The notes under the pieces were generated by a model. That model was given only the letters and a program-made list of their open reading frames with translations, did not search any database and was not told where the DNA came from. Made by a program: the position numbers and the translations under genes. Of a DNA stretch of 64,000 bases, positions 21,722 through 32,790 are shown piece by piece. Source of the stretch: Enterobacter phage vB_Ent31; the sequence record OR567511.1; one strand, 5' to 3'. Numbering within the stretch: position 1 is the stretch's first letter; each line of letters begins with the position of its first letter.

Positions 21722-22134
21722 TACTCACCCGCTTCAAATTTACGCATTTCAATAATATGCTTAATTGAGAATCCACGAGATTTGATAGCATCCATCGCAT
21801 CACGACAGAACTCCAACAAAATCCCCCAATATTGCAAACTGGTATCAATACGAAGTACTTCTTTATCAGCAGACAGAACAGTCTTCATTTCGGACTTTTC
21901 ATAACGGTCCATGCTGAACTCGTCACCATCTCCTCTGCCTGTGTAATAATCCAACTTCTGTTTTAACGCGGACTTCTTCGAAGCCTCGATGCGAAGCATT
22001 TCTTTACGAATAGCAGACAATTTTGTCAACCACTTACCATAAAGAACTGGATTATTAGCTGATTCATACTGCAATTTAGTTGAATCAATAATCAAATCTT
22101 GCTTCAACTCCTCTTGGAGCTCTTCAAGTTTCAC
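21721..22134 (-). CDS. uvsY: UvsY recombination mediator
   Basis: 137 aa. MKLEELQEEL...GDGDEFSMDRYEKSEMKTVL is near-identical to T4 UvsY (from memory). Confidence 0.9.
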   Translation of the reverse strand: MKLEELQEELKQDLIIDSTKLQYESANNPVLYGKWLTKLSAIRKEMLRIEASKKSALKQKLDYYTGRGDGDEFSMDRYEKSEMKTVLSADKEVLRIDTSLQYWGILLEFCRDAMDAIKSRGFSIKHIIEMRKFEAGE

Positions 22135-22717
22135 TCACTTTCCTCTTAAAATATTCAACCATTCCAGCATAATCTACGGCTGGAAACCCATTATTCTTAG
22201 CTATAGTACCAAATTTACCACGTTTTGGTTTATTATTGCTTAACCAAAGAGAGTACAATTCAGTTTCTTTATCCCATGGGATAGCTGAGCTTCTTTTAGA
22301 TATCTTTGTAGAGTCTTTAGCCCAATGAGATTGGGTTTTAAACTTTTCTTTCATTGATTTAGATATCTTAAGTTTTCTTTCATTTGAGCATGGGCGCTTT
22401 AATCCACTCATTGGATGTATTTCCCATACTCTGCCTCCATCTCCACCGTCTGCAATGTTAACACAATTACTGAATTTTTCTTTTGCTTCTCTTATAAGCA
22501 AATTTTCGAATTCAGCGTTTAGTTCAGCGGTTTCAAATGTGGCAAGCACATATTTTTCAAACCTTATACTTGGATTCTTTTTGGCATCTTTTATAGCCTT
22601 GCCAGAACCTATGTACTTATTGTTTAAACCGCATCTAGAAGAATGTTTCCCAAAATACAGTTTTATTCCGTTATCACTTATAATTTTAGTAAGATAGCAA
22701 TAATGGTCCATAATCAC
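22124..22717 (-). mobile_element. free-standing GIY-YIG homing endonuclease (Seg-like) upstream of uvsY
   Basis: N-terminal GIY-YIG module YCYLTKIISDNGIKLYFGKH...YIGSGKA. Basic C-terminal DNA-binding region. Overlaps the uvsY start by 11 nt. Confidence 0.75.
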
Positions 22718-22787
22718 CTTTCTTTGTTCAATTTGTTACTCTAGCAAGGAACTCAAAACCATTATAACCATCTTGAAATGAAAGCGA

Positions 22788-23186
22788 TTAGTTACGGCTT
22801 GAGCTTGCCAATTGAAGCTTAATCTGTTCAAGGTCGTCAGGGTTGTCAATGACTGAGAACTGAACTTCAACGATAAGCGTGTAATCATCGTAAACCGGAG
22901 TGACGTTCACCTGAAGACGACGAATGCGTGGTTCGTAGTTTCTTATAGCAGATGTGATGTTTCGTTCTACAGTGTCAGCTGTAAGAGGAGTCATGTTCTC
23001 GAAAAGCTGGTCTTGTAAATCACACCCAAAGTTAGGGTCAAATGGACGGCTTCCCTTTCTTGTTGTTATAATACCTAAAAGAGAGTTTTTAATTGCTCGT
23101 AACCCACGAGCACGTGCAACGTCTTTGGACCAATCCATTTTAAGTTCAGGGTCCAAATCCGAATAAAGGTCGTTTATATTTGCCAT
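22788..23186 (-). CDS. 25: baseplate wedge protein gp25
   Basis: 132 aa. Near-identical to T4 gp25 (from memory): MANIN.LYSD...RKGSRPFDP.FGCDL. Confidence 0.9.
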   Translation of the reverse strand: MANINDLYSDLDPELKMDWSKDVARARGLRAIKNSLLGIITTRKGSRPFDPNFGCDLQDQLFENMTPLTADTVERNITSAIRNYEPRIRRLQVNVTPVYDDYTLIVEVQFSVIDNPDDLEQIKLQLASSSRN

Positions 23187-23815
23187 TACAGATACCTGAA
23201 GAATTCTTTAAGGCCTTTAATCACTTCAACGTGAGTTGCTCCGCATTTCTGACATTTCACAGGAACTGCTAGATAAACGGTAGGCTTTAAAAGCATATTT
23301 TTGATGCGGATAATATCCTCTTCAGTTATAGCTGAGTAAAGGTCATCGATTTCTTTGTCATTCAAATCTTCGATTGAAATGGTTTCACCATTCACATAGA
23401 TGTACTCGATACACGTGGCAATCATCTGTGCGATGTTTTTATCATCGAATAATTTTGGATAACGAAGCTTAAGTTTAAAATTCGCTAGAGGATACCAGAG
23501 TTCCTCTGGTTCATCGATTTGTGCAGATGTAAAGTTAATCGGCGTTAATGTTTCGTGACCTTCTGGACATATCCAGATGTTCTCATGATTAACCTCACCT
23601 AATGAGTGAGACCATAACTGAATCAGCAGAAGTTCTGACTCTTGCTTATTAAGGTTTCGTGCCGATGTACAATTATTAATCAACCGTTTTACTACTTCAT
23701 CAATGTTTCCATTGATTTTGCCATCGATGAGCTCTTTGTATTCTTCTAACGTAAAAGCTCTGCATTGGATATCAGAGCCATTAATCTGGACTTCAAATTT
23801 GTAATCGTAGTTCAT
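23186..23815 (-). CDS. 26: baseplate hub protein gp26
   Basis: 209 aa. Synteny between 25 and 51. Confidence 0.8.
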   Translation of the reverse strand: MNYDYKFEVQINGSDIQCRAFTLEEYKELIDGKINGNIDEVVKRLINNCTSARNLNKQESELLLIQLWSHSLGEVNHENIWICPEGHETLTPINFTSAQIDEPEELWYPLANFKLKLRYPKLFDDKNIAQMIATCIEYIYVNGETISIEDLNDKEIDDLYSAITEEDIIRIKNMLLKPTVYLAVPVKCQKCGATHVEVIKGLKEFFRYL

Positions 23816-23832
23816 ATTAGCTCCTTACGGAC

Positions 23833-23844
23833 TATTTATAAATA
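23833..23844. promoter_or_regulatory. overlapping divergent late promoter motifs (TATAAATA on both strands) between genes 26 and 51
   Basis: TATTTATAAATA reads as TATAAATA in both orientations. It sits about 25 nt from each divergent start. Confidence 0.4.
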
Positions 23845-23864
23845 TTTCAATAAAGGAGACCTCT

Positions 23865-24617
23865 ATGGCCAATATAATTCGTTGTGTACTACCGGACGGG
23901 GTCCATCGTTTTAAACCCTTCACGGTAGCTGATTACAGAGATTTCCTTCTGGTTCGTAACGACATGCAGCACAAAACTTACGAAGAACAGAAGGTGATTA
24001 TAAAAGAACTTTTAGCTGATTACTTTGGTGAATACCCTGAGACTTTACGCCCATATATGTTTATGAAGGTATTCACCGGCTCAATCGGTAAAACAAAAAT
24101 TCCAGTAGCTTTTACTTGTCCGACTTGCGAAAAACAAAAGCAAGTTCTGTTTGATATCAGTCAAGAAGATTTGGTTGAACCTACTATTGAAGTGGCTGGA
24201 ATCACAATAGCTTTCAAATTCCCTGAGAAGGAATACGAAGATAAAGCTGCAATGATTTATGATTGCATTAAAGCAATTAAATACAACAATCAATGGTATC
24301 CTTGGAAGGAGATATCAGAAGACAACCAAATCCAAGTAATAGAAGCAATTGACTTCACAACATTTGAAAAGATTTACACTCAATTAACTCCGATGAGATT
24401 TGAGCTTAAGATGAAATGTTGTGAGTTGAGAACAAACGTGTATGAAGACATTTTATCAGTTTTTAAGCTTCTGATAAACCCAGATGAAATTTTTAGCTTC
24501 TATCAAATCAATCACACTCTTGTTAAAAGTTCATACGACTTGAACAGCATAATGGGTATGATTCCAATCGAGCGAAGCATCGCCCTTTCGTTAGTAGAGA
24601 AGGACAATAAGAAATGA
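23865..24617 (+). CDS. 51: baseplate hub assembly catalyst gp51
   Basis: 250 aa. AAAGGAGA RBS. Synteny. Confidence 0.8.
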   Translation: MANIIRCVLPDGVHRFKPFTVADYRDFLLVRNDMQHKTYEEQKVIIKELLADYFGEYPETLRPYMFMKVFTGSIGKTKIPVAFTCPTCEKQKQVLFDISQEDLVEPTIEVAGITIAFKFPEKEYEDKAAMIYDCIKAIKYNNQWYPWKEISEDNQIQVIEAIDFTTFEKIYTQLTPMRFELKMKCCELRTNVYEDILSVFKLLINPDEIFSFYQINHTLVKSSYDLNSIMGMIPIERSIALSLVEKDNKK

Positions 24618-25798
24618 CAGTACTACAACGTCCAGGTTTTCCTAACTTAAGCATAAAGCTCTATGAAAATTACGATGCTTGGTTAGATAACCGTTTCCTT
24701 GAATTAGCAGCAACTGTAACGACGCTTACTATGCGTGATGGTCTTTATGGAAGAAATGAAGGAATGCTGCAATTCTATGATAACAAAAATATGCATACCA
24801 GAATGAATGGTGACCAAATCATTCAAATTTCTGTGGCCAATGCAAACAGTAAAAGAACATTGAACCGCATTTACGGTTGTAAGCATTTTTCAGTTTCAGT
24901 TGACTCTAAAGGCGATAACATCATCGCAATTCAACTTGGATTGGTGCACGAGATTATCAACCTCAAGTTTAGTCGTTGTTTCTTCAACGATGCTGGTGAG
25001 TCAATTAAAGAGATGATTGGTGTAATTTACCAAGACACTCCTCATATCGCTCCAGCTATAAACTCGATTAACACCTACGTTCCACGAGTTCCATGGACGA
25101 GTACATTAAAGGACTATTTAGCTTGGGTTAGAGAAATATCTCTTGCTGTTGAAAGTGACCAGTTCGTGTTTGTGTGGGAAGATATCTATGGCATCAACAT
25201 GATGGACTACGCGTTTATGATTGCCCAAGAGCCTATCCCGGTTGTTGTTGGTGAACCTCGCCAAATTGGCCAAATGATTAATGAACTGAACACAGACCTT
25301 GCTTATAATTTCGAGTGGCTTACTAAAGCTAATCAATTCACGCGTAACCCAATGGCCAATGCTACATTTTATGCCCACAGCTTCTTGGATAACCAATTCC
25401 CTCGAATTATTACTGGCGATGGTTATAACTCGGTTTTGGTATCTCGCTCAGGTTCATATTCTGAAATGACTTATCGTAATGCATATGAAGAAGCTTTACG
25501 ATTAGGAACAATGGCGCAATATGACGGTTATGCTAAGTGCACTATGGTTGGTAACTTTGAATATACTCCAGGAAAAAAGATAAACTTCTTTGACCCTAAA
25601 AACCAATTCCGCACAAACTTTTACGTAGATGAAGTTATTCATGAAGTTTCTAACAACCAGTCAATAACTACATTATACATGTTTACTAACGGACAGAACT
25701 TAAGTCCAGTAGAACCAATTAAGGTGAAAAATGAATTTAAACCTAATACTTCCAATGAAAACAATTCAAGTGAACCAGAAGGAAATAAAAATTCCTAA
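24614..25798 (+). CDS. 27: baseplate hub protein gp27
   Basis: 394 aa. ATGA overlap with gene 51. Synteny. Confidence 0.85.
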   Translation: MTVLQRPGFPNLSIKLYENYDAWLDNRFLELAATVTTLTMRDGLYGRNEGMLQFYDNKNMHTRMNGDQIIQISVANANSKRTLNRIYGCKHFSVSVDSKGDNIIAIQLGLVHEIINLKFSRCFFNDAGESIKEMIGVIYQDTPHIAPAINSINTYVPRVPWTSTLKDYLAWVREISLAVESDQFVFVWEDIYGINMMDYAFMIAQEPIPVVVGEPRQIGQMINELNTDLAYNFEWLTKANQFTRNPMANATFYAHSFLDNQFPRIITGDGYNSVLVSRSGSYSEMTYRNAYEEALRLGTMAQYDGYAKCTMVGNFEYTPGKKINFFDPKNQFRTNFYVDEVIHEVSNNQSITTLYMFTNGQNLSPVEPIKVKNEFKPNTSNENNSSEPEGNKNS

Positions 25799-26258
25799 GC
25801 TTGGATTGAAGCATCACAACATGCTGAAAGAAGTTAAATCTCCGGAAGAGAATTTATCGCTGCTGATTAATTCAATTCATCCAGGTTTAACACCAGCCGA
25901 AATCGATTACGTTTCAATTCATTTACTTGAGTTCAACGGTAAGATTAAAAGTAAGGTAGTCAAAGATGATTTTGAATATGACCTTTCAACTTTAAGAATT
26001 GTTCAACGATTAGAATTTCAATTCGCTGGTCATACTTTCAAATTCAGAGCTCCTAAGCAGTTTGAAGGATTTGGCGGTGTTGATAAGATGCTTTCAAAAT
26101 GCCTTGAAACGGTAGACGGTAAAAAAGAAGATGTCGACTTCATGAAGATGCCAGCATTTGTAACTAAATGGGCAGACGACATTTCAAGTACTGTAGCAGT
26201 AAGCGGCCCTAATGGCGACATCAGAGGAGTTGCCAAAATCATAGGAATTTTTGAATGA
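25731..26258 (+). CDS. 28: baseplate hub distal subunit gp28
   Basis: 175 aa. AAGGTG RBS. Start lies inside the gene 27 3' end. An alternative start is 25755. Confidence 0.7.
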   Translation: MNLNLILPMKTIQVNQKEIKIPKLGLKHHNMLKEVKSPEENLSLLINSIHPGLTPAEIDYVSIHLLEFNGKIKSKVVKDDFEYDLSTLRIVQRLEFQFAGHTFKFRAPKQFEGFGGVDKMLSKCLETVDGKKEDVDFMKMPAFVTKWADDISSTVAVSGPNGDIRGVAKIIGIFE

Positions 26259-28015
26259 AAACCGAAAACATGAAGACGATGCGCCGGAAGGTTATTGAAG
26301 AGGGTCGTAGTGAAAGAGATGCAGCGAAAGCTGCATCAACTCAAGCCGAATCTTTATCAGTTCTTTCTTCTCAGCTTGATGATTTACAAACTCAAGCTGA
26401 GCTTACGTCTGAAGTAATTGAGGATAAAGGTAATCAAGTTATTGATGCCTTGAATCGCGTTGACCAAAGCATAATTGATACTACAGCCGGAGCTGAATTA
26501 ACCGCCGAAGCATCTGAAAGAACTACAGAAGCTGTTAAGCAGCAGACTGAAGTATCAAACAAGATTTCAGATAAGCTCAGTAAGCTAACAGAACTTTTAA
26601 ATGAACGTCTTTCAGCTATCACTCCGAATCTTCCACAGATATCTGTTCCAGATACGTCACTGTCTGTAGTTGAAGATGCAGTACCTGTTGATATAGTGAC
26701 ACCAGGGTTACCAGAATTACTTCAGGAGTTAATTCCGGACCCGGTCAATAATACCAATAACCCTAATGATGCGTTCTTCCCTACCGTTCCAGAGAACCCA
26801 GAGAGTGATTCTAAAAAGGGAGCTGATGAGGAACGTAAGAAGAAAGACTCTGACACTCTGAGCAATCTGCTTAAAGCTACAAAAAGCGGATTCAAAGCTT
26901 CAATGAGCATTACAGACAGAATAGCTGGAATGCTTTTCAAGTACACTGTAACTGCTGTGATTGAAGCTGCTAAAACAGCTGCACTGCTGTTCTCTATCGT
27001 GCTCGGTATAGATGTTATAATGAAGCACTTCAAGTATTGGTCAGATAAATTCACTTCAGACTTTGATAAGTTCTCTGCTGAAGCTGGCGAATGGGGAAGC
27101 ACATTATCATCTATATTTGGAACACTTGAAAATATTCAGAAGTTCTGGGAAGCTGGAGATTGGTCTGGATTAACTGTGGCTATTGTAAAAGGCGTAACTG
27201 AAATCATTTACAACCTCAGCGAACTCATTTCTTTAGGAATGTCAAAAGTGGCTGCTGCTATTCTTTCACTTATTCCTGGTTTAGGAGATGCTGCATTATC
27301 TGTTGAAGGAGCTGCATTGGAAGGTTTCCAAGAAAGAACGGGTAACTCTCTTTCTAAAGAAGACCAAGACACATTAGCTAAGTATCAATCATCTAAGATT
27401 GAAAAAGGCGAAAACTTCTTCGATAAAGTATCTCAAGGTAAAACTTGGATTGTTAACAAAATAACTGGAGATGCTAACATTTCTGATTTTGTTACAGATG
27501 AAGAAAGAGAATCCCAGAATGAAAAACTTCGTCAGATGAAACCTGAAGAAAGGGAACAAGTTCTGAAGAAAGGGAATGAAGCTCGTGCTGCTATTGTTAG
27601 ATTTGAAAAATACATGGAACAAATCAACCCTGATGATAAACGCTCAGTTGAATCAGCTGATAAAGCATATGCTAATCTTCAAACGCAGTTAAACGACACT
27701 GACCTGAATAATTCTCCTGTAACTAAAAAAGAATTAAGTGCTCGTATGAATATTGTTACTGCTAAGTATGATAAGCTCAAAGGTAAAGAACCTCAGCCTG
27801 CTCCATCGTCTCAATCTGAGGATGTTAAAAAAGTCGAAAGCATTGAGAAGAATAAAGCGGCTAAAGAGGCTTCATTAGGTACTAGTGCTGGAGCTGCTGC
27901 GGCTAACTTGTTCAATACAAATAACGTCATTAACAACAGTAGAACTATAAATACTGTTAGTCCTGTAACGAGCACTAATGCTCCAGGCGTATTTGGTGCA
28001 ACTGGTGTTAACTAA
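26255..28015 (+). CDS. 29: baseplate hub / tail length determinator gp29
   Basis: 586 aa. ATGA overlap. Synteny. Confidence 0.85.
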   Translation: MKTENMKTMRRKVIEEGRSERDAAKAASTQAESLSVLSSQLDDLQTQAELTSEVIEDKGNQVIDALNRVDQSIIDTTAGAELTAEASERTTEAVKQQTEVSNKISDKLSKLTELLNERLSAITPNLPQISVPDTSLSVVEDAVPVDIVTPGLPELLQELIPDPVNNTNNPNDAFFPTVPENPESDSKKGADEERKKKDSDTLSNLLKATKSGFKASMSITDRIAGMLFKYTVTAVIEAAKTAALLFSIVLGIDVIMKHFKYWSDKFTSDFDKFSAEAGEWGSTLSSIFGTLENIQKFWEAGDWSGLTVAIVKGVTEIIYNLSELISLGMSKVAAAILSLIPGLGDAALSVEGAALEGFQERTGNSLSKEDQDTLAKYQSSKIEKGENFFDKVSQGKTWIVNKITGDANISDFVTDEERESQNEKLRQMKPEEREQVLKKGNEARAAIVRFEKYMEQINPDDKRSVESADKAYANLQTQLNDTDLNNSPVTKKELSARMNIVTAKYDKLKGKEPQPAPSSQSEDVKKVESIEKNKAAKEASLGTSAGAAAANLFNTNNVINNSRTINTVSPVTSTNAPGVFGATGVN

Positions 28016-28024
28016 GGAATAATC

Positions 28025-29074
28025 ATGGCTATAAGAGCTACAGAAATTCTAGATAAAGATTTCGGCAGTGGAGAAAAGACCTCTGCCGGTCAAAGTTCTA
28101 TTTCGTCAACTCGAAGAAGTACTATAGTAGCTCAATACCCGGCACAACGTGCCGCCGGTAACGATGCTGCAGGAGACCTTCGTGTTCATGACCTTTATAA
28201 AAATGGATTGCTTTTTACCGCATATGATATGAGTTCAAGAACATCTCCGGACCTTCGTAATATGCGACAATCCCAATTGAGTAAATCAGCGAGTTCTATT
28301 CTTAATAGCCTCGGAATTAAAAATAACGGCCAAGTTGATAAATCTCCGATTGCGAATATTTTACTTCCACGTTCTAAATCTGACGTTGAATCAACTTCTC
28401 ACAAGTTCAATGACGTTGGTGAATCATTAATTACTCGTGGAAATAATTCAGCTACTGGAGTATTGAGTAACGTTGCATCCACAGCAGTATTTGGTGCATT
28501 AGATTCAGTCACTCAAGGTCTGATGGCTGACAATAACGAGCAAATCTATAATACCGCGCGAAGCATGTATGCGGGAGCAGATAACAGAACAAAAGTATTC
28601 ACTTGGGATTTGACTCCTCGTTCAGTAGCTGATTTAGTTTCAATTATTCAGATATACGAGTGCTTTAATTATTTCAGCTATGGCGAAACTGGCAATTCAA
28701 GTTACGCTAAAGAATTAAAAGGCCAATTGGATGAGTGGTACAAAACAACTCTGCTGTCTCCATTAACTCCAGATGGAGCTGATTTGAACAACACGATGTT
28801 TGAAAATATCACTTCATTCTTAAGTAACGTTATTGTTGTAACTAACCCAACGGTATGGTTCATCAGAAACTTTGGTAAGACATCTAAATTTGATGGAAGA
28901 ACCGAGTTGTTTGGTCCATGTCAGATTCAGAGTATTCGCTTTGATAAAACTCCGAATGGTCAATTCAATGGTTTAGCAATTGCTCCTAATATGCCAAGCA
29001 CTTTTACTCTGGAAATTACTTTCCGTGAAATCTTGACATTAAGCAGGGCATCACTTTATGCAGAAGGTTTCTAA
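28025..29074 (+). CDS. 48: baseplate tail-tube cap gp48
   Basis: 349 aa. Synteny. Confidence 0.8.
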   Translation: MAIRATEILDKDFGSGEKTSAGQSSISSTRRSTIVAQYPAQRAAGNDAAGDLRVHDLYKNGLLFTAYDMSSRTSPDLRNMRQSQLSKSASSILNSLGIKNNGQVDKSPIANILLPRSKSDVESTSHKFNDVGESLITRGNNSATGVLSNVASTAVFGALDSVTQGLMADNNEQIYNTARSMYAGADNRTKVFTWDLTPRSVADLVSIIQIYECFNYFSYGETGNSSYAKELKGQLDEWYKTTLLSPLTPDGADLNNTMFENITSFLSNVIVVTNPTVWFIRNFGKTSKFDGRTELFGPCQIQSIRFDKTPNGQFNGLAIAPNMPSTFTLEITFREILTLSRASLYAEGF

Positions 29075-30036
29075 TGCTTAATTTAGATGAATTCAACAAC
29101 CAAGTAATGAACGTTGATTTTCAACGTACAAATATGTTTAGTTGTGTATTCGCAACGACTCCATCTGCAAAGTCTCAATTATTGTTGGACCAATTCGGTG
29201 GAATGCTTTATAATAACTTGCCAGTCTCAGGAGACTGGCTTGGATTATCTCAAGGCGAATTTACACAAGGAATTACATCAATTATCACTGCAGGTACTCA
29301 AGAACTAGTTCGTAAATCGGGTGTATCTAAGTACCTTATCGGTGCAATGACAAACCGTGTTGTTCAATCTTTATTGGGAGAATTTGAAGTTGGTACTTAT
29401 TTACTTGACTTCTTCAATATGGCTTTCCCAACATCAGGATTGATGATTTATTCAGCTAAAATTCCTGATAACAGACTGTCACACGAAACAGATTGGCTTC
29501 ATAACTCTCCTAATATTCGTATCACCGGAAGAGAATTGGAGCCACTTACATTAAGTTTCCGAATGGATTCTGAAGCAAGCAACTGGAGAGCAATGCAAGA
29601 CTGGGTTAACTCTGTACAAGACCCAGTCACTGGATTAAGAGCTCTTCCTATCGATGTTGAAGCTGATATTCAAGTTAACTTACATGCACGTAATGGATTA
29701 CCTCATACTGTGTGTATGTTTACTGGGTGTGTTCCAGTTTCATGTGGTTCACCTGAATTTACTTGGGATGGCGACAACCAAATTGCTGTATTTGACGTTC
29801 AGTTTGCTTATCGCGTTATGCAGGTGGGTGCTGTTGGTCGTCAAGCTGCTGCTGATTGGGTTGAAGATAGGCTTGTTCATGCTATTGGAAATATTTCTGA
29901 TGACATGAGTCTTGACCCATCATTGTCAAGACTTAGTAGATTAGGAGGCGCTGGCGGTGGCATTACTCAGATGGGTAATGCAATAGGGCGTAAGACTGGA
30001 ATGTGGAATAGTACTTCCAAGATACTTGGATTATGA
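29074..30036 (+). CDS. 54: baseplate tail-tube initiator gp54
   Basis: 320 aa. TAATG overlap. gp19-like tube fold region. Confidence 0.8.
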   Translation: MLNLDEFNNQVMNVDFQRTNMFSCVFATTPSAKSQLLLDQFGGMLYNNLPVSGDWLGLSQGEFTQGITSIITAGTQELVRKSGVSKYLIGAMTNRVVQSLLGEFEVGTYLLDFFNMAFPTSGLMIYSAKIPDNRLSHETDWLHNSPNIRITGRELEPLTLSFRMDSEASNWRAMQDWVNSVQDPVTGLRALPIDVEADIQVNLHARNGLPHTVCMFTGCVPVSCGSPEFTWDGDNQIAVFDVQFAYRVMQVGAVGRQAAADWVEDRLVHAIGNISDDMSLDPSLSRLSRLGGAGGGITQMGNAIGRKTGMWNSTSKILGL

Positions 30037-30066
30037 AAAAAGGGAGCCTTTCGGCTCCCTTTGTTT
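30035..30066. terminator. GGGAGCC-TTTC-GGCTCCC hairpin (bidirectional) after gene 54
   Basis: 7-bp stem flanked by A6 and T-tracts. Confidence 0.55.
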
Positions 30067-30356
30067 TATTTACGGAACACCACGAAAGCATTAATAACAA
30101 CTTCCGAAGACTGCTCAACGTTAGTTACAGTGATTTTAAACGGAACTTCACCATCGAATTTACCATTCAGAGTATAAGCGATATACCCTTCACATTTATC
30201 TTCTGGAATTCCGAACGGTGCCAGTGGAACCATTTCAACCATTCCTTTAGCAATCTTTTGAATCTCGTTAAAGACCATGTTGTTGAATTCGTCAGATACT
30301 GGAACTACACCTTCAACTACAGTTTCTTGGCCATTCATACGTAGAATCGATTTCAT
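30066..30356 (-). CDS. hypothetical protein (96 aa; alt.-n position)
   Basis: Start is reassigned to MKSIL at 30356 with an AGGAGA RBS. Confidence 0.5.
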   Translation of the reverse strand: MKSILRMNGQETVVEGVVPVSDEFNNMVFNEIQKIAKGMVEMVPLAPFGIPEDKCEGYIAYTLNGKFDGEVPFKITVTNVEQSSEVVINAFVVFRK

Positions 30357-30382
30357 GATGTTCTCCTCAGTTAGTGTAAGTC

Positions 30383-30418
30383 TATAGTAACACACTTCCA
30401 TGTGCGTGTAAACGGTTA
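30383..30418 (-). promoter_or_regulatory. conserved early-type promoter cassette (-35 GTTTAC / TGnTACTAT)
   Basis: Plus strand reads TATAGTAACACA...GTGTAAACGGTTA; one of at least 7 copies. Confidence 0.4.
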
Positions 30419-32518
30419 AAGAACGAACTTCTCTGGGGTGTCTTCAACATCAATCATTGAAGCCAGCAGAGCAAGAATCTTGTTACTTTCCGATGTCTTT
30501 GTGGACTTCACAAATCCTTCAAAATCAAATGGGCTTGATTCGGGCTGAGGTTCGTCACTGTATTCTACCACTTCACCAGTTTCCATCAGAACATCGCCGT
30601 CATAAACAACAGCTTCTTCTAGCTGGTCAGCCGTCATTACTTCGGCTTGGATAAATTTCTGATTGTTGTAAACCATGCCATCATTATAGGAAGCGTCTGT
30701 AATTTTATTAATCTGGAGCATAGTACCGCGTGGAAGAATAACTTCCATTTCACCTGACATATTACTTAAGTCGCCAGGATAAACCACGTTAACTTTCTCG
30801 CCGCCAGTAATAGCCCAACCTAATGAAATGCGAATACGTTCTTCACCATATTCTTGAACCATTCTAATTTCTTGGTCTGGAACAATAGCAGTTTCATCTG
30901 ATTTATCAACTGTTAAAACAGCACGAGTATTATCAGAAGCCATTGCTACGCCTTGGTTACCTTTCCAACCACCAAAGATAATTGGAGATAAAGATGTTGA
31001 AACATAGTTTCTGAAATAGAATACTCTGTTCTTAACCATAGCTTCAAAAATTGGTTTACGAACTGACTGTGAACGCCATAAGGTAAGTCCTTCTGGAATT
31101 CTGTCACCGCGTTTAAATGCATCGTCCAAATTTTTGATAGCAGTAGTAACTTCTTTATAAGACAGAGTATCGTAATTGTCAGCTCTGTAACGGCCTAAAA
31201 GCATATTGTTGATGTCTGAATAACCGGAACCAACATACTCTTTAATGCCACGTTTTTCTGCGTTTGTATATTGAAGAGGCGTACGAGTACGAGTAATATC
31301 TTCAATAGTAGCAGAAACGTTTTTAGCATAACCTTGAAGAGCTGCTTTAATCATTTTGGTACGTTCAATGTTCCAAAGATTATTAGCCATATGTTCTTTA
31401 TATTCTGGCTCTAAGTTTGGAGAAATACGACTCATGATATGTTCCATCGCTTCATGCTTGCGCTCTTCTAATGAATCCAAAAGAGTTTGAGTATATGCCT
31501 GCATACTCTTAACAGAAGTTAATGGAGCATTGCCAATTCTTGATTCAAGTTCTTTTACGAATCTTTGTTCAAATTTCTCAGATTGGCTCAATTTAATCGT
31601 AGTTAACGATTTTAAATGGAAAATAGCACCAGTAGCTGCTAATTGAGCAGAACGAGCTTTAGCCGCTTTAGATTCTACTGCATCCTTCAATTGCTGAGCT
31701 TCTGGAATAGGATTTGCCGTTGCGGGTTTACTGAATTCGGCAGCAGTAGCTTCGTATTTTTCAAATTCTTCTGGGTCATGAATAATGTCAGAAGTTAAAG
31801 ATTGACTTGCTGCTACTTGACGACGAGATACCTTAGCACGAGCAATAACAGATTGGTCGGTACGTTTGTCGTTCTCTTGAGCAATAGTAGCTGCTAATGC
31901 TTCTGATTTAGAAACTTGTTTACCCGACTTATTATTGATGTAAACATCACCGACGGCGGTGTCGACCTTAGTGAACTCTTCTGTTGATATCTCTGGGATG
32001 CCAGGGACGGTTGAGAGGTCAACATTCTTACGATGAATAAGAACATATACGTACTTCTTATCGTAATCATAGAGTTCTTTCAGGATAACAAAACGACCAC
32101 CCAGACGACTCATTACCAAACGGTTGATAATCATCTGAACTGCTCGAGCTTGTCCACCCATTTTGCTTTTAGCAATACGAAACATTACAGCATCCATTTT
32201 GTATTTCTTCACAGTTTGAGATACTAAGTCAAACATAGTAGAAATAACACCCAATGGATTACCACCAAGATTTTTCAGCTTAACCAAAGTACCTTTTTCA
32301 GATACACCAAGCACAATAGCATGCATCATCTTATCACCAGGTTTAACGTTCTTGTTAACGTCTCCGCCGCCAGTGTAAGAACACATACGAAGAGCTACTG
32401 AACCTTCTGGAGCAGCAATAGCAAAAATCTGTGGAATTTTAGTTTTCGGATAAAGATTAGTGACCGGAAGCATTTCTGAATCCGCGTCAAAAACCTCATT
32501 TAATTGAAATTCGGTCAT
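30416..32518 (-). CDS. alt: Alt ADP-ribosyltransferase (packaged RNAP-modifying enzyme)
   Basis: Start is reassigned to MTEFQLNEVF at 32518 with a GAGGA RBS. Long collinear identity to T4 Alt (from memory). Confidence 0.85.
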   Translation of the reverse strand: MTEFQLNEVFDADSEMLPVTNLYPKTKIPQIFAIAAPEGSVALRMCSYTGGGDVNKNVKPGDKMMHAIVLGVSEKGTLVKLKNLGGNPLGVISTMFDLVSQTVKKYKMDAVMFRIAKSKMGGQARAVQMIINRLVMSRLGGRFVILKELYDYDKKYVYVLIHRKNVDLSTVPGIPEISTEEFTKVDTAVGDVYINNKSGKQVSKSEALAATIAQENDKRTDQSVIARAKVSRRQVAASQSLTSDIIHDPEEFEKYEATAAEFSKPATANPIPEAQQLKDAVESKAAKARSAQLAATGAIFHLKSLTTIKLSQSEKFEQRFVKELESRIGNAPLTSVKSMQAYTQTLLDSLEERKHEAMEHIMSRISPNLEPEYKEHMANNLWNIERTKMIKAALQGYAKNVSATIEDITRTRTPLQYTNAEKRGIKEYVGSGYSDINNMLLGRYRADNYDTLSYKEVTTAIKNLDDAFKRGDRIPEGLTLWRSQSVRKPIFEAMVKNRVFYFRNYVSTSLSPIIFGGWKGNQGVAMASDNTRAVLTVDKSDETAIVPDQEIRMVQEYGEERIRISLGWAITGGEKVNVVYPGDLSNMSGEMEVILPRGTMLQINKITDASYNDGMVYNNQKFIQAEVMTADQLEEAVVYDGDVLMETGEVVEYSDEPQPESSPFDFEGFVKSTKTSESNKILALLASMIDVEDTPEKFVL

Positions 32519-32541
32519 TATGAGTCCTCTATTGTTTCTTA

Positions 32542-32549
32542 TATTTATA
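32542..32549 (-). promoter_or_regulatory. late promoter motif TATAAATA (minus strand) upstream of alt
   Basis: Minus strand reads TCTATAAATATAAG about 25 nt upstream of the alt ATG. Confidence 0.4.
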
Positions 32550-32557
32550 GACAATTA

Positions 32558-32573
32558 AAGCCCCGAAGGGCTT
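32558..32573 (-). terminator. AAGCCCCGAAGGGCTT hairpin
   Basis: 6-bp stem with a GAAG loop. Confidence 0.4.
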
Positions 32574-32790
32574 AGACTGCAATAATATTCCTGAAGATTT
32601 CAACTTTTCCGCCACCACGAGTAGCAATGACCTCGTGTTTGTTGATTCCTGAAACTCGACCATCTGTAAATGATTCTACTTCACCTTGCGGGCGGAATGG
32701 TAATTCGACCAAGCTCTGTGTTACATTAGCGGCTCGTCCTGAGCCTTCACCTGGGTGAGCAATTGTGATAATCTCTAAATAGAATTTCAT
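32572..32790 (-). CDS. hypothetical protein (72 aa)
   Basis: ATGA overlap with the ligase gene stop. Confidence 0.45.
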   Translation of the reverse strand: MKFYLEIITIAHPGEGSGRAANVTQSLVELPFRPQGEVESFTDGRVSGINKHEVIATRGGGKVEIFRNIIAV

